A stretch of 64,000 nt of DNA from Methanobacteriota archaeon. GTDB lineage: Archaea > Halobacteriota > Bog-38 > Methanoflorentales > Methanoflorentaceae. Below are positions 20,793 to 30,812 of the stretch, piece after piece; positions within the stretch are counted from its first letter, which is position 1, and every line of letters starts with the position of its first letter. Where the stretch lies: the NCBI GenBank assembly GCA_963719035.1, contig CAVRAO010000006.1, forward strand, positions 64,001 through 128,000. The letters are read 5' to 3'. The notes under the pieces are model-generated. The model saw nothing but the letters and a program-made list of their open reading frames with translations. It was not told the origin of the DNA and searched no databases. Position numbers and translations under genes: made by a program.

Positions 20793-21476
20793 ATGCTTTC
20801 GGTTGTTATTCCAGCACACAATGAAGCAGATCATATACGTGGGCTCCTCGAAGCTTTCAGCGTTTTTTCCGGCCTGGAACTTATCGTCGCAGAAGACGCG
20901 TCGACAGACGGGACCCAAAATATCGTGCAGGAATTTGCAGCGCGCAATAACGACGTATTACTCTCAAGCTGCGATACAATAACCGGCAAAGGGGCCGCAG
21001 TAAAAAGGGGGTTTAAATTAGCGAAAGGGGATGTTCTCGGGTTCATCGATGGTGATGGATCGATTCATCCAAAAGAACTAATGCGCGTCGCAGCTACGAT
21101 CGACGACGGTGCCGATCTTGCTGTGGGATCACGAGACCTCCGCAACTCTGTCATTGTCCGCCCGCAACCGCTGTCGCGACGAGTCTCAGGTTCGATCTAT
21201 AGCCTCCTCGCCCGCGCGCTGTTGGACACCCACATAAAGGATTTTCAGTGTGGATGCAAGGTGTTTCGCCGAGACGTATGGGACTCACTCACAATTACTT
21301 GCGACGGATTTGCGTTTGATACCGAACTCATAGCAAAGGCGCACGAAAAAGGATTCGTCATCATAGAGGTGCCCATTACATGGAGCAACCAGTCAAATAG
21401 CAAGGTTCGCATCTCAAGAGACGTCTTGCCGATGCTAAAGTGCATTTTGAAGACGCGCGCCCAAGTAAGAAAGTAA
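20793..21476 (+). CDS. GT2 glycosyltransferase, dolichyl-phosphate glycosyltransferase-like
   Basis: SVVIPAHNE, DASTDGT, GKG.AV..G, FIDGD, DFQCGCK, FAFDTE. Confidence 0.9.
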   Translation: MLSVVIPAHNEADHIRGLLEAFSVFSGLELIVAEDASTDGTQNIVQEFAARNNDVLLSSCDTITGKGAAVKRGFKLAKGDVLGFIDGDGSIHPKELMRVAATIDDGADLAVGSRDLRNSVIVRPQPLSRRVSGSIYSLLARALLDTHIKDFQCGCKVFRRDVWDSLTITCDGFAFDTELIAKAHEKGFVIIEVPITWSNQSNSKVRISRDVLPMLKCILKTRAQVRK

Positions 21477-21760
21477 GAGAATAGAAGTAATTACCTCATT
21501 GCACTGTTTGTAGTCGCTCTCGTGCTGATCGTGTTCATGGCGGGCTATTACCTCGCTCAGTGGGGCGATTCGCAAGATCCTGATTCTTGGACGCTCTCGT
21601 GATACGAACAGACACGTCGTAACTGGGCACTACTCTCGTCTGAAACGCAGTCCATGTACTGCGGCGGGACGTTGGATCGAAGAGGACGGTCAAACGGCCT
21701 CTCTTCTGCCTTATACTGAGAGGTTAAATACTGCGCTATACAATCGACACACGTGACACT

Positions 21761-22936
21761 ATGATCTATCTTGACCACGCCGCTACAACTCCGATGCGTC
21801 CGGAGGTTTTCGACGCGATGCGTCCATACTTCCTAGAGCGTTTTGGGAATCCCTCAAGCCTCCATTCCTATGGACTTGACGCGCGTGCGGCCGTTGAACG
21901 GGCACGACAGCAAGTGGCATCAGCGATTGGAGCTAACCCCCAAGAGATTATCTTCACCTCAGGTGGGACGGAATCAGACAATCTGGCGTTACGCGGAGTG
22001 CTCCAAAGAGGGGGCAAAAAAGACCACATCATAACCTCGGCAATCGAACATCCTGCCGTTTTAGAGACGTGCAAGTTCATAGAGCAGCTCGGACATGAGG
22101 TGACCTATCTTTCTGTGGATCGAGAAGGGCGCATTAACCCAGCTGAGGTAGAGGACGCGATCCAAGAGAACACGCGACTCATTTCAATAATGCACGCTAA
22201 CAACGAAATCGGTTCAATTCAACCTATCGCAGAAGTTGGGGCGATCGCAGCGTCTCACAGGATCTTCATGCACACTGACGCTGTTCAAAGCGTCGGAAAA
22301 ATTCCTGTGAACGTAAAAGAACTCAACGTCCAGATGCTTTCTATCTCATCACATAAGATTTATGGGCCAAAGGGAGTTGGCTGTCTCTACGTCCAAAAGG
22401 GCACAAAACTAACGCCACTCGTTTTCGGTGGCGGCCACGAGCGTGGTCTGAGAAGCGGCACAGAGAACGTGTCAGGTATTGTAGGCTTTGGTGAGGCGAT
22501 GCGACTGGCGATACAAGATTTTACCGATAACGCACGCATCCAAAAGCTAAGAGACGCGCTTATCGACGCGGTATTGCGTGAGATACCGGCCACGCAGCTT
22601 AACGGGGGGAGAGCGCACCGTCTTCCTAACAACGCTAACTTCAGCTTTAGCTATATCGAAGGAGAGTCACTCTTGCTTCGGCTAAATGCGAAGGGCATTG
22701 CCGGATCGACCGGTTCTGCGTGCTCTTCAAAGAAGCTGGAACCATCCCACGTGCTTCTCGCAATCGGGTTAAGTCCGGTTGATGCGCATGGCTCATTGAG
22801 GCTAACGCTTGGACGAGAAACGACAGACGCAGACGTTCGATATGTGTTAGAAGTGCTGCCTGGAATCGTTAAAGACCTTCGACAAATGTCCCCCCTGTCC
22901 GCTTGCACGGACGACGATTACGGAAAGCCTGACTAA
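21761..22936 (+). CDS. iscS: cysteine desulfurase
   Basis: IYLDHAATTP, FTSGGTESDN, SSHKIYGPKG (PLP Lys), STGSACSS (catalytic Cys). Confidence 0.95.
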   Translation: MIYLDHAATTPMRPEVFDAMRPYFLERFGNPSSLHSYGLDARAAVERARQQVASAIGANPQEIIFTSGGTESDNLALRGVLQRGGKKDHIITSAIEHPAVLETCKFIEQLGHEVTYLSVDREGRINPAEVEDAIQENTRLISIMHANNEIGSIQPIAEVGAIAASHRIFMHTDAVQSVGKIPVNVKELNVQMLSISSHKIYGPKGVGCLYVQKGTKLTPLVFGGGHERGLRSGTENVSGIVGFGEAMRLAIQDFTDNARIQKLRDALIDAVLREIPATQLNGGRAHRLPNNANFSFSYIEGESLLLRLNAKGIAGSTGSACSSKKLEPSHVLLAIGLSPVDAHGSLRLTLGRETTDADVRYVLEVLPGIVKDLRQMSPLSACTDDDYGKPD

Positions 22937-23205
22937 CTGCGAAGCGCGCGCGACAGGTAGCGCAGTCCGTCAGTAACAGAGCTGCGCATACAATTTAGTG
23001 TGTAACTACACGCGACCATAGACGGCTTACTATATCATTCGTAGCTCGGCAACTGCCACAACGACCACCCCTCGAATAGCGCTTGTTGCATAAACGACCA
23101 TCGGGTCGTCTTCATAAACAATCGGGGCTCGAACAGGTTCTTTAAGGAAAGAATTAACTAAAATGCACAAGGTCTAACGCCTGTTGTAGCCATTTGCGTG
23201 GGTCT

Positions 23206-24288
23206 ATGCAGAACGAGAATACGTCAATAGTGATTTCTGGTCATTTTGAGCAGGAAAGCAAACGCGAACTTCTAGAGGGAGTTCGTCGTTCCATGGAGCT
23301 GTTAGGTGCAGTCTTTGAGATCATTGTTGTACACGATGACAGTGCCGACGAGTGGTGGAAAGGCAGTCCGGAATTTTCAGAAACGTCCTCAGTGCGCGCG
23401 ATACGAACGCCGAAAGAACGCGGGCTTGCAAACGCCACACTGGACGGAATCAACGCTTCTCGTTATGACCTAATCGTGGTAATAAACTGTACCGCAGTTC
23501 CAGAAATGATACCCGAATTGATCTCACGCGTGCAAGATGGCGCGGATATTGTAATAGCAAGTCCGTGTAAAACCTCGGCAAGTTCAGAGAGCCCCGGTGT
23601 TTTACGACGAATCATCATCGCAGGTACCGCTTTTTTTACGCGAACGCTATTTAGAGAGCTGCGGAATGTCAAACACGTTGATTCCAATTTTTTCGCCTTG
23701 CGAAAGGACGTTGTAACGCATGCAAACCTCCATCCATCGGGAGACAACTTGCTGCTGGAAATTCTCATTCAAGGAGACTATGATTCGGTTTCCGAGGTCA
23801 GGGACGAGGCGAATAAACGAAACGTTGGGGTCACGAACGCTGGAAGCAAAAATACGGCGTACACTCTGCGTCACATATCAAGCCTGTTCTGGAGGTCCGG
23901 TGAATTTCATCGGTTTTTAAAGTTCTGTGCAGTGGGGGCTGTTGGTGCCGTTCTAAATCTTGCGGTGCTATATTCGCTAACAGAGCTCGGTGTTTTTTAC
24001 TTAATTTCCGGGCTCTTAGGCATAGAAGCAGGCCTTTTGTCAAACTTCTTTTTAAACAGATCGTGGACGTTCAAGGATCGACAGGGACGGGGGCTCGGAT
24101 ATGTGCTTACAGCATTGTATAGAGATCACGCCGTAAGATTTGTTGGAATTGTGCTCAATCTTCTGATCTTATTGGTTCTAACCAGCTTTTTCGGTCTTTA
24201 CTACCTCTTATCACAAATAATTGGCATTGCAGCAGCTATGTTGTGGAACTATGGCGGCAACCAGTGGTGGACGTGGGAGGCCGCTTAA
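23206..24288 (+). CDS. GT2-like domain fused to GtrA-family flippase domain
   Basis: N-terminal FEIIVVHDDS, ERGL..A..DG; C-terminal RFLKFCAVGAVG...NFFLNRSWTF GtrA with 4 TM. Confidence 0.82.
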   Translation: MQNENTSIVISGHFEQESKRELLEGVRRSMELLGAVFEIIVVHDDSADEWWKGSPEFSETSSVRAIRTPKERGLANATLDGINASRYDLIVVINCTAVPEMIPELISRVQDGADIVIASPCKTSASSESPGVLRRIIIAGTAFFTRTLFRELRNVKHVDSNFFALRKDVVTHANLHPSGDNLLLEILIQGDYDSVSEVRDEANKRNVGVTNAGSKNTAYTLRHISSLFWRSGEFHRFLKFCAVGAVGAVLNLAVLYSLTELGVFYLISGLLGIEAGLLSNFFLNRSWTFKDRQGRGLGYVLTALYRDHAVRFVGIVLNLLILLVLTSFFGLYYLLSQIIGIAAAMLWNYGGNQWWTWEAA

Positions 24289-24320
24289 CGGCGGTCTCTC
24301 GTTATCTACCAGCTATCTCA

Positions 24321-25187
24321 TCATAGCCTAGACAAATTCGGTTTCGCAGAACTAAATGTAACATCCATGCTCCCGGATCGTAACCACTCAAGATCCAACG
24401 TCACATAGGAAAACCCGAGCTTCAAGAACGCTTCAGCTATAGCAGAACTATGTTTTATGATAGCTCTTGCATCCTCCTTGCTGATCTCTATGCGGGCGAA
24501 GCCGTTATGATCTCTTACCTTTGCTCTCGCGATGCCAATCGCTTGCAACGTACGTTCAGCTTGTCTCAACCTTTCAATTCGCTTTTTGGTGACTATCGTA
24601 CCATAAGGAAAGGACGTAAGGAGACACGCACTTGAAGAAGCACCGGCATTCGGCAAGTCAAGCGTTCGCGCGAAGCTTCTCACCTCATCTTTAGTGATCC
24701 CAAGCAAGGGTGAAACGACGCCAAGTTCTTTCAAAGCTTTCAGACCTGGCCGGTAGACATGCAGATCTGATGCATTCGTGCCGTCCATAACCGTATTTAA
24801 GTGCAGTTTATCAGCTAAGCCACGGAGAGTGCTAAACGTGAGCTTCTTGCAGTAATAGCATCGTTCAGGATCGTTGTGCTTAATTTCTGGCACAGCCAAA
24901 GGATTGAAAGCAATCGAGAGCTGGCGAATTCCTATGGCCTTGGCCGTCGCAGCGGCGTTTTCAGGCTCGCCATGATGAAGTGCACCGTTATTTACCGTCA
25001 CGGCAACTGCTGCATCTCCCAACTCCTGCTTGGCAAGCATTGCGACTACTGAACTGTCAACTCCGCCTGAAAACGCTATCAATGCACTGTGGTGCGAGCG
25101 AATGTGAGCACGCACTCGTTCGAGTTTGTCATCTTGAAAGTCGCAGTCGTTTGGTGACCCTTTTTTTCGTCCAGCAGTGGTTGGCAT
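24321..25187 (-). CDS. larE: LarE-like ATP-dependent sulfur insertase (TIGR00268-type)
   Basis: AFSGGVDS PP-loop, RCYYCK, DGTNASD...RPG, SACL, RSGSM. Confidence 0.88.
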   Translation of the reverse strand: MPTTAGRKKGSPNDCDFQDDKLERVRAHIRSHHSALIAFSGGVDSSVVAMLAKQELGDAAVAVTVNNGALHHGEPENAAATAKAIGIRQLSIAFNPLAVPEIKHNDPERCYYCKKLTFSTLRGLADKLHLNTVMDGTNASDLHVYRPGLKALKELGVVSPLLGITKDEVRSFARTLDLPNAGASSSACLLTSFPYGTIVTKKRIERLRQAERTLQAIGIARAKVRDHNGFARIEISKEDARAIIKHSSAIAEAFLKLGFSYVTLDLEWLRSGSMDVTFSSAKPNLSRL

Positions 25188-25261
25188 AGTGTTGATATAA
25201 TTGTACGTTGATAACAGCTCTTGCAAAGAGCTTAGCTAATATGTAAGATAATGCTGCTTTA

Positions 25262-26278
25262 ATGGTATATATGAGCGGTGAAATCGAGGATAAGAGCGCT
25301 GAGATCAAAGCCCTTCTTATTGCCGAGGGGGGGGTTGATATTGACGAAAGGGTCCTTGGACGTATTACGACTCCCGCTTCAGGGCCAGGAGCGGGACTAA
25401 CGTCGTTCTTTTTACGATTTGACGGTCACCGGGTGCGCTTAGGAATAAAACACGATTCTCGGCTTAAGGCGTCGCTTGACGGAGACGAGGTCGTCATCTT
25501 CGATCAAGAAAAAGAAATCGTTCGTGGATATCTCGAAGATGCTCTCGCCCATTGTCCCGGGCAAGCGTTTATCACGGTCAGCGAGGTCTGCATCTTCGAC
25601 TGCCAGTACTGTCCAGTGCCGCTTCTCGGGGGTTCAGTTAAAGGCCTAAGCGATGTTGAGACAACGATTTCAAGGATTCTTAACGATCCGAAGCTTGCAG
25701 ACAAGCTAAAGGCTATCTCGTTGACCTCCGGCGTTGAAAAGTCAGCGCAACACGAAGCCGAGCGGATGGCCGCAATTATTCACGCGCTAAGAAAGAAGCA
25801 CGATCTCCCGATCGGCGTATCCGTTTATCCGACCCTGAATTCAACAAAGCTATTGAAAGACGCCGGAGCTGACGAAATAAAGTACAATGTCGAAACGATG
25901 GATCGTCAGCTCTTTGCAAAAATGTGCCCGGGGCTCTCACTAGACTTTATACTCGAGGCTCTCAAAGATGCAGTAAGCGTTTTCGGCCGAAACAAAGTGT
26001 TTTCGAATATCCTCGTGGGATTAGGTGAGGACGATCGTTCAATCATAAGCGGCATGCACGAACTGGTTGAGATGGGTGTGATACCGATCCTCAGAGCCGT
26101 TGTTGAGCATCCTTTACGCGTCGAGACGGGCATGCGGCGCCCTTCTGCCGAGCGACTCTTGCGGCTTGCGCGAAAGGAGCGCGAACTCCTCGATGCGTAT
26201 GGTCTGCGAGCCGACATAGCCGAAACGATGTGTGCCCCCTGCACTGGCTGCGATCTAATACCACACCGGGACGTGTAG
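25262..26278 (+). CDS. radical SAM protein (archaeal biotin-synthase-related family)
   Basis: HCPGQAFITVSEVCIFDCQYCP CxxxCxxC; C-terminal CAPCTGCDL. Confidence 0.88.
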   Translation: MVYMSGEIEDKSAEIKALLIAEGGVDIDERVLGRITTPASGPGAGLTSFFLRFDGHRVRLGIKHDSRLKASLDGDEVVIFDQEKEIVRGYLEDALAHCPGQAFITVSEVCIFDCQYCPVPLLGGSVKGLSDVETTISRILNDPKLADKLKAISLTSGVEKSAQHEAERMAAIIHALRKKHDLPIGVSVYPTLNSTKLLKDAGADEIKYNVETMDRQLFAKMCPGLSLDFILEALKDAVSVFGRNKVFSNILVGLGEDDRSIISGMHELVEMGVIPILRAVVEHPLRVETGMRRPSAERLLRLARKERELLDAYGLRADIAETMCAPCTGCDLIPHRDV

Positions 26279-26408
26279 CGCTGTCTGCTAAGCACGTTTC
26301 ACGCGATTTTGCTGCTGTAAGTCACGTGAGCAAGAGGCGCACGGTGGGGATTTCAATAACCCGTTCAGGCGTCGAACGCGTTGTAACTCAGTGCAATACT
26401 GCCCTAAA

Positions 26409-27449
26409 TTAAGAGGATAATGAGTCAAAAAAAACTGGCCAGAATGGATCTTGTCTCGGTATTGCGAGCTGATCAACGGACCCGTCGCGCCGCTTAATTG
26501 TTCTTGTTTCTACGTCATCGGTCACCTGCCCAACAATCGACGCTTCTATACCTCCTGAGCACAGTTTAGTGACGACGTTCGCTGAACGGTTCGGTCTGAC
26601 TGTAATTAGCAAAGAGCCTTCAGCTATCGCAGCGACAGGATCAATTGCAAAGGCTTCGCAGACCATCCGAACTTCATCCGGATATATGAACGCTTCCTCG
26701 TGGATCTCCATGCCGACTGCGCTGGCACTTGCTATCTCGTAGAGCCCTCCGACAACCCCCCCCTCAGTTGCGTCGTGCATTGCCGTGACCCCTCCGGCAT
26801 CCATTGCCAACAGCGCATCTGCCACTACTGTCATCTGCTTGCAGAGTGCCTTTGCTTTCTCCACCAGAGACTGGGGATATTTTTCTAGAAGCTCCTTTTC
26901 CTTCATGACTGAAAGGATTCCTGCCGTTTCGATCGCCGGCCCCTTGGTGAGAATGACATCATCCCCAGGCGTCGCACCGGCTGGTGTAACATAACCATGC
27001 TTATCAGCGATGGCAAAGACGGTTACGCCACCTATGGTGGGTGCAGCAAAACCGGGATAGTACCCCGTATGACCGCCAACAATCGCTATTTCTAGCTCCA
27101 AGGCCGCCCTATGGATAGCATCTACAATGGTACGAAAATCCTCTTCCTTCGTCTCGGGAGGCATCAAAAGCGAATAGGTCATGTATCTCGGCTTGACGCC
27201 CATAACCGCCACATCGCTTGCCCCTATATGAACGGTGTACCATCCAAACATTTCCAAGGGTTGCTGAGGAATGGCGAAGATGGGGTCCTCTGCGATTATG
27301 AGGACTCGGTCATTTCCAATATCAATAACCCCCGCATCGACGCCGGTCTTCGGCGGCACGATGACCGTGTCATCGCTCTTCCCCAAGCGAGGTAGCAAAA
27401 AAGAGGTGAATGTGTCCAGGTCGATCTTTCCAATCTTATGATCTGCCAC
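26409..27449 (-). CDS. AIR synthase (PurM)-related protein, HypE/ThiL-like fold
   Basis: GVDAGV, EDPI, SDVAVMG, IVGGHT, MHDATEGG; GTG start at 27449 overlaps the upstream gene. Confidence 0.88.
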   Translation of the reverse strand: MADHKIGKIDLDTFTSFLLPRLGKSDDTVIVPPKTGVDAGVIDIGNDRVLIIAEDPIFAIPQQPLEMFGWYTVHIGASDVAVMGVKPRYMTYSLLMPPETKEEDFRTIVDAIHRAALELEIAIVGGHTGYYPGFAAPTIGGVTVFAIADKHGYVTPAGATPGDDVILTKGPAIETAGILSVMKEKELLEKYPQSLVEKAKALCKQMTVVADALLAMDAGGVTAMHDATEGGVVGGLYEIASASAVGMEIHEEAFIYPDEVRMVCEAFAIDPVAAIAEGSLLITVRPNRSANVVTKLCSGGIEASIVGQVTDDVETRTIKRRDGSVDQLAIPRQDPFWPVFFDSLSS

Positions 27450-28023
27450 GATAGCGCCTCGCGATCTCGCAGATTTCCTCTGCCACCTCAATCGGATCAA
27501 GCCCTATGAGCACTGAGACCGGCTCCTTCCCAATAGCACCTGTTTCATAGAATACTTTAGGCGCCTCGCCGCCCGCTGCCTCGATCACCGCTTGCACTTT
27601 CCAAGGCATTGATGCGCCCTCAGTTTCTTTGATTTCCTCAGGTTCATTCCTTCGGTCGATCACGCTAAAAACCCAACCTTTGGGCCTACAATAATCCTCA
27701 AGCCATCGCGCCAAAGCGGGATTACTGGCGAAGTTTATGCCTGCCCTTAAAGACGCGTCAGTTTTTCTGAGCTCTATAAGGAGTCTAGCCATATGACTTG
27801 ACGCTCCAAATTTAGGCTTGCCTGCAGCATGAGGCAAACCGTTGACAACAGTTATCCGCCCTTCTACCGCCAGCACGTCGTCTCGAGTTTTAGCGTTGGG
27901 GAGTGCATACACAAGGTTGGTTCTGACCTCTGGGATTAATGCCGCAAACTCGCTGCATCCTTCAATGAGGTCTAGTGCAAGCGCCATTTTTCCGCGCATT
28001 TCAATTTGAACGACCTGCTCCAT
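27436..28023 (-). CDS. stand-alone ThiN-type thiamine-phosphate synthase domain protein
   Basis: LIPEVRTNLVYA, AVEGRI, FGASSHMAR, GKEP. Confidence 0.85.
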   Translation of the reverse strand: MEQVVQIEMRGKMALALDLIEGCSEFAALIPEVRTNLVYALPNAKTRDDVLAVEGRITVVNGLPHAAGKPKFGASSHMARLLIELRKTDASLRAGINFASNPALARWLEDYCRPKGWVFSVIDRRNEPEEIKETEGASMPWKVQAVIEAAGGEAPKVFYETGAIGKEPVSVLIGLDPIEVAEEICEIARRYRGRS

Positions 28024-28208
28024 CGAATCCTCCCTGGTTCTGACAAGTTACTGAGCAATGCGGAGTGCTATCATAAGTAATAATCGGAGGGCTCAAGCAG
28101 GTCGTTGCCTGTTAAGCGCTCTCAGATGCGATGACAGGCGTTACAGAGGCACTAATAGAGAATCAAGACCACCGATTGTCTTTAAGTGCTCTAATTAACA
28201 TATTTAGG

Positions 28209-28961
28209 ATGATGATGAGGTACAGCAAAAAAATCCGCAGGTCAATCATGGACTATGAAGGCAATCAGCGTTTGGATTACGATGACGTAGCTGTGGAGGA
28301 CAGCCTTACACTGTTTGTCAACGACACGCGAATAGCGACCCTTATCGCCTCGCCGGAAATGCTTAGGGAGCTCTGTATCGGATACTTGATCACCGAAGGA
28401 GTGGTATCAAGCGTCGAAGAGATTCAAGACGTCAACGTTGACAACACGAAGCGGGAGGCGTACGTCACCAGTTCATCCTTTGATCACGTCGACCTCTGGC
28501 ACGAAGTGCGCTCGGCCGGTATAGGCATAAAATGGTGGACAAATGAAGACGTTGCCGTGAGTTCCGTCGCAACGTTTGAAAAAGCCGTACTTAAGAAGAG
28601 CTTGGCCTCCCTTAACACTCAAGTGCAGAGACAAACTCACGGCGTCCACGTAGCAGCGTTGTTTGATACACGGGGTGAGCTGTTAGCACAAGCGGTGGAC
28701 GTTGGAAGACATAATGCTATTGATAAGGTGGTCGGAACATATGCCGGCAACGACTTCTCTCAAACGTTTCTATTATCATCCGGCAGACAACCGGCAGGCA
28801 TGGTTCTGAAAGCGGCTCGGGCGGGCATACCTTTAATCATCTCAAAAGCCGCACCGATTAGTACTGGCGTCGAAGCGGCACTTCGAGCTGGCGTGACACT
28901 CATATGCTTTGCTAATGAACGTCAGTTTGCTACGTATTCACACGAAGAGAGACTAAGCTAG
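28209..28961 (+). CDS. fdhD: formate dehydrogenase accessory sulfurtransferase FdhD
   Basis: GYLITEG, GVHVAAL, DVGRHNAIDKVVG, SSGR...MVLKAARAGIP. Confidence 0.88.
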   Translation: MMMRYSKKIRRSIMDYEGNQRLDYDDVAVEDSLTLFVNDTRIATLIASPEMLRELCIGYLITEGVVSSVEEIQDVNVDNTKREAYVTSSSFDHVDLWHEVRSAGIGIKWWTNEDVAVSSVATFEKAVLKKSLASLNTQVQRQTHGVHVAALFDTRGELLAQAVDVGRHNAIDKVVGTYAGNDFSQTFLLSSGRQPAGMVLKAARAGIPLIISKAAPISTGVEAALRAGVTLICFANERQFATYSHEERLS

Positions 28962-29115
28962 CGATCTCCCGCTTGTTTTTCATTCAGTCGATAATTTGAG
29001 ACGAATGCACAGACGATGCTCGGTTTGTAGGTTTATTTGTCACGCGATCCACCTTTTTGACCAAGTCTAGTGGCACGATAAGCGAAGCGCGCACATCACA
29101 TGCAAGATTTCGACG

Positions 29116-29727
29116 TTAGATTGAAATCTCGCGCTTCGACGTTATCACAAATATTCCGATCTGAGACAGCAAATTTTGAAAATGTTTTACGGTCTTCCCT
29201 GTCACACAGCTTCTCAAACCGATGAGTCGTTCAATGGTGATATTTCGCGTCCTGCAAAACACATCGAAATCACTGATGGTCGACAGGTGGATATTAGGCG
29301 TATCATACCAGTCACGCGGCAAGAAGTCAACTTTTGGCATTTGCCCTTTGCTCAGAAGATGCCAGCGTATTTTGAAGTAGCCGAAGTTTGGAAAGCTGAC
29401 AATCGCCCTACTGCCTACGCGTAGCATCTCGTTGATGACTAGCGTTGGCTTATGAACGACTTGCAGCGTCTGGTTCAACACGATGTAGTCGAACGACGCG
29501 TCGTCATAATCATCAAGACCCTCATCTATGTCGCCGTGGAAGACCGTGAGCCCTTTACGCACGCAAACAGCAATGCATCGATCTTCAATTTCCACGCCAC
29601 AGATATCTGAAACTCCGTGTTCTTTGAGCTTGATCAGCAAGTCACCGTTACCGCACCCGAGGTCAAGTACGCGTGAACCTTCAGGGATAAGACTAACGAT
29701 GAAGTCTTGGTCAAATCGTCGCATCAT
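29116..29727 (-). CDS. metW: methionine biosynthesis protein MetW
   Basis: VLDLGCGNG, LNQTLQ, EMLRVG..AIVSFPNFG, WYDTPNIHL. Confidence 0.93.
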   Translation of the reverse strand: MMRRFDQDFIVSLIPEGSRVLDLGCGNGDLLIKLKEHGVSDICGVEIEDRCIAVCVRKGLTVFHGDIDEGLDDYDDASFDYIVLNQTLQVVHKPTLVINEMLRVGSRAIVSFPNFGYFKIRWHLLSKGQMPKVDFLPRDWYDTPNIHLSTISDFDVFCRTRNITIERLIGLRSCVTGKTVKHFQNLLSQIGIFVITSKREISI

Positions 29728-30812
29728 CAACTCCCGGCGTTTTCTAAGAAACCTGAAATGAGGTCGGTAAGCGGCTTAACTTCAAGGAGGAACGCGTCGT
29801 GCCCGCGCGAAGATTGAACCTCACAGTAGGTGATGTCTTTGCGTTTCCTGCGCAAGGATCTCACGAGCGCCTTCAATCCCGCAGAGGGGAATAGCCAGTC
29901 TGATGAAAACGAGACGATTAACATCTTCGAACTAATGGACGAAAGATCCTGCAGATCGAAGTAGTCCATGGCTTTCGTAATATAAAGATATGAATTCGCG
30001 TCAAATCGTTCGACGAATCGGTTGCCTTTGTAGTGCAGGTAGCTTTCGACCTCGAAATCTTCTGAAAACGCATAATGGTAACCATCTTCTCCTTTGAGCG
30101 CCCGCCCAAACTTGTCGTGCATCGACTCCTCGCTGAGGTACGTGATGTGCCCAATCATTCGGGCGAGTGCGAGACCTGTACGGGGAGGCTTGCCGTTATA
30201 ATAGTTGCCATTTTGCCAGCACGGGTCTGACATAATCGCCTGTCGGCCTACCTCGTTGAACGCTATTCCTTGTGCGGATAGTCGACTGGCTGCGGCGAGT
30301 ACCACTGCAGATTTTACGACGCTGGGATAATCAACTGCCCACTGGAGCGCCTGCATCCCCCCAACGGATCCTCCGACAACGGCCAAGAGGGTGTCAATTC
30401 CCAAGCCATCGATGAGGCACCTCTGCGCGCGGACCATGTCGCCGATAGTGATGACAGGAAAACCGAGTCCGTATGGGCGCCCAGTCGCAGGATCAACGCT
30501 GCCCGGTCCCGTTGACCCGCTGCACCCGCCGAGGAAATTGGAACAGACGACAAAATAACGCTCGGTGTCGAGTGCCTTTCCTGGCCCTACAAAGTCATAC
30601 CACCAGCCTTGCTCGCCCTCTTCGTTTACAAAGCCAGCGTGAGCGCTGCCAGACAGAGCGTGCAGGAGCAGTATTGCGTTGTCTTTGGCAGCGTTTAGCT
30701 GGCCGTATGTTTCGTAAGCGATCGTTACCGGTGACAACGTACGTCCGCAATCTAGCTCGAGAGCGTCAAACGTGTAATGTCTTGTCCGCGGAATAGCGTC
30801 TACGACGTGCAT
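29727..30812 (-). CDS. metX: homoserine O-acetyltransferase
   Basis: YETYG.LN, HALSG, GGSVGG nucleophile elbow, RFDANSY, GHDAFL. Confidence 0.95.
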   Translation of the reverse strand: MHVVDAIPRTRHYTFDALELDCGRTLSPVTIAYETYGQLNAAKDNAILLLHALSGSAHAGFVNEEGEQGWWYDFVGPGKALDTERYFVVCSNFLGGCSGSTGPGSVDPATGRPYGLGFPVITIGDMVRAQRCLIDGLGIDTLLAVVGGSVGGMQALQWAVDYPSVVKSAVVLAAASRLSAQGIAFNEVGRQAIMSDPCWQNGNYYNGKPPRTGLALARMIGHITYLSEESMHDKFGRALKGEDGYHYAFSEDFEVESYLHYKGNRFVERFDANSYLYITKAMDYFDLQDLSSISSKMLIVSFSSDWLFPSAGLKALVRSLRRKRKDITYCEVQSSRGHDAFLLEVKPLTDLISGFLENAGS

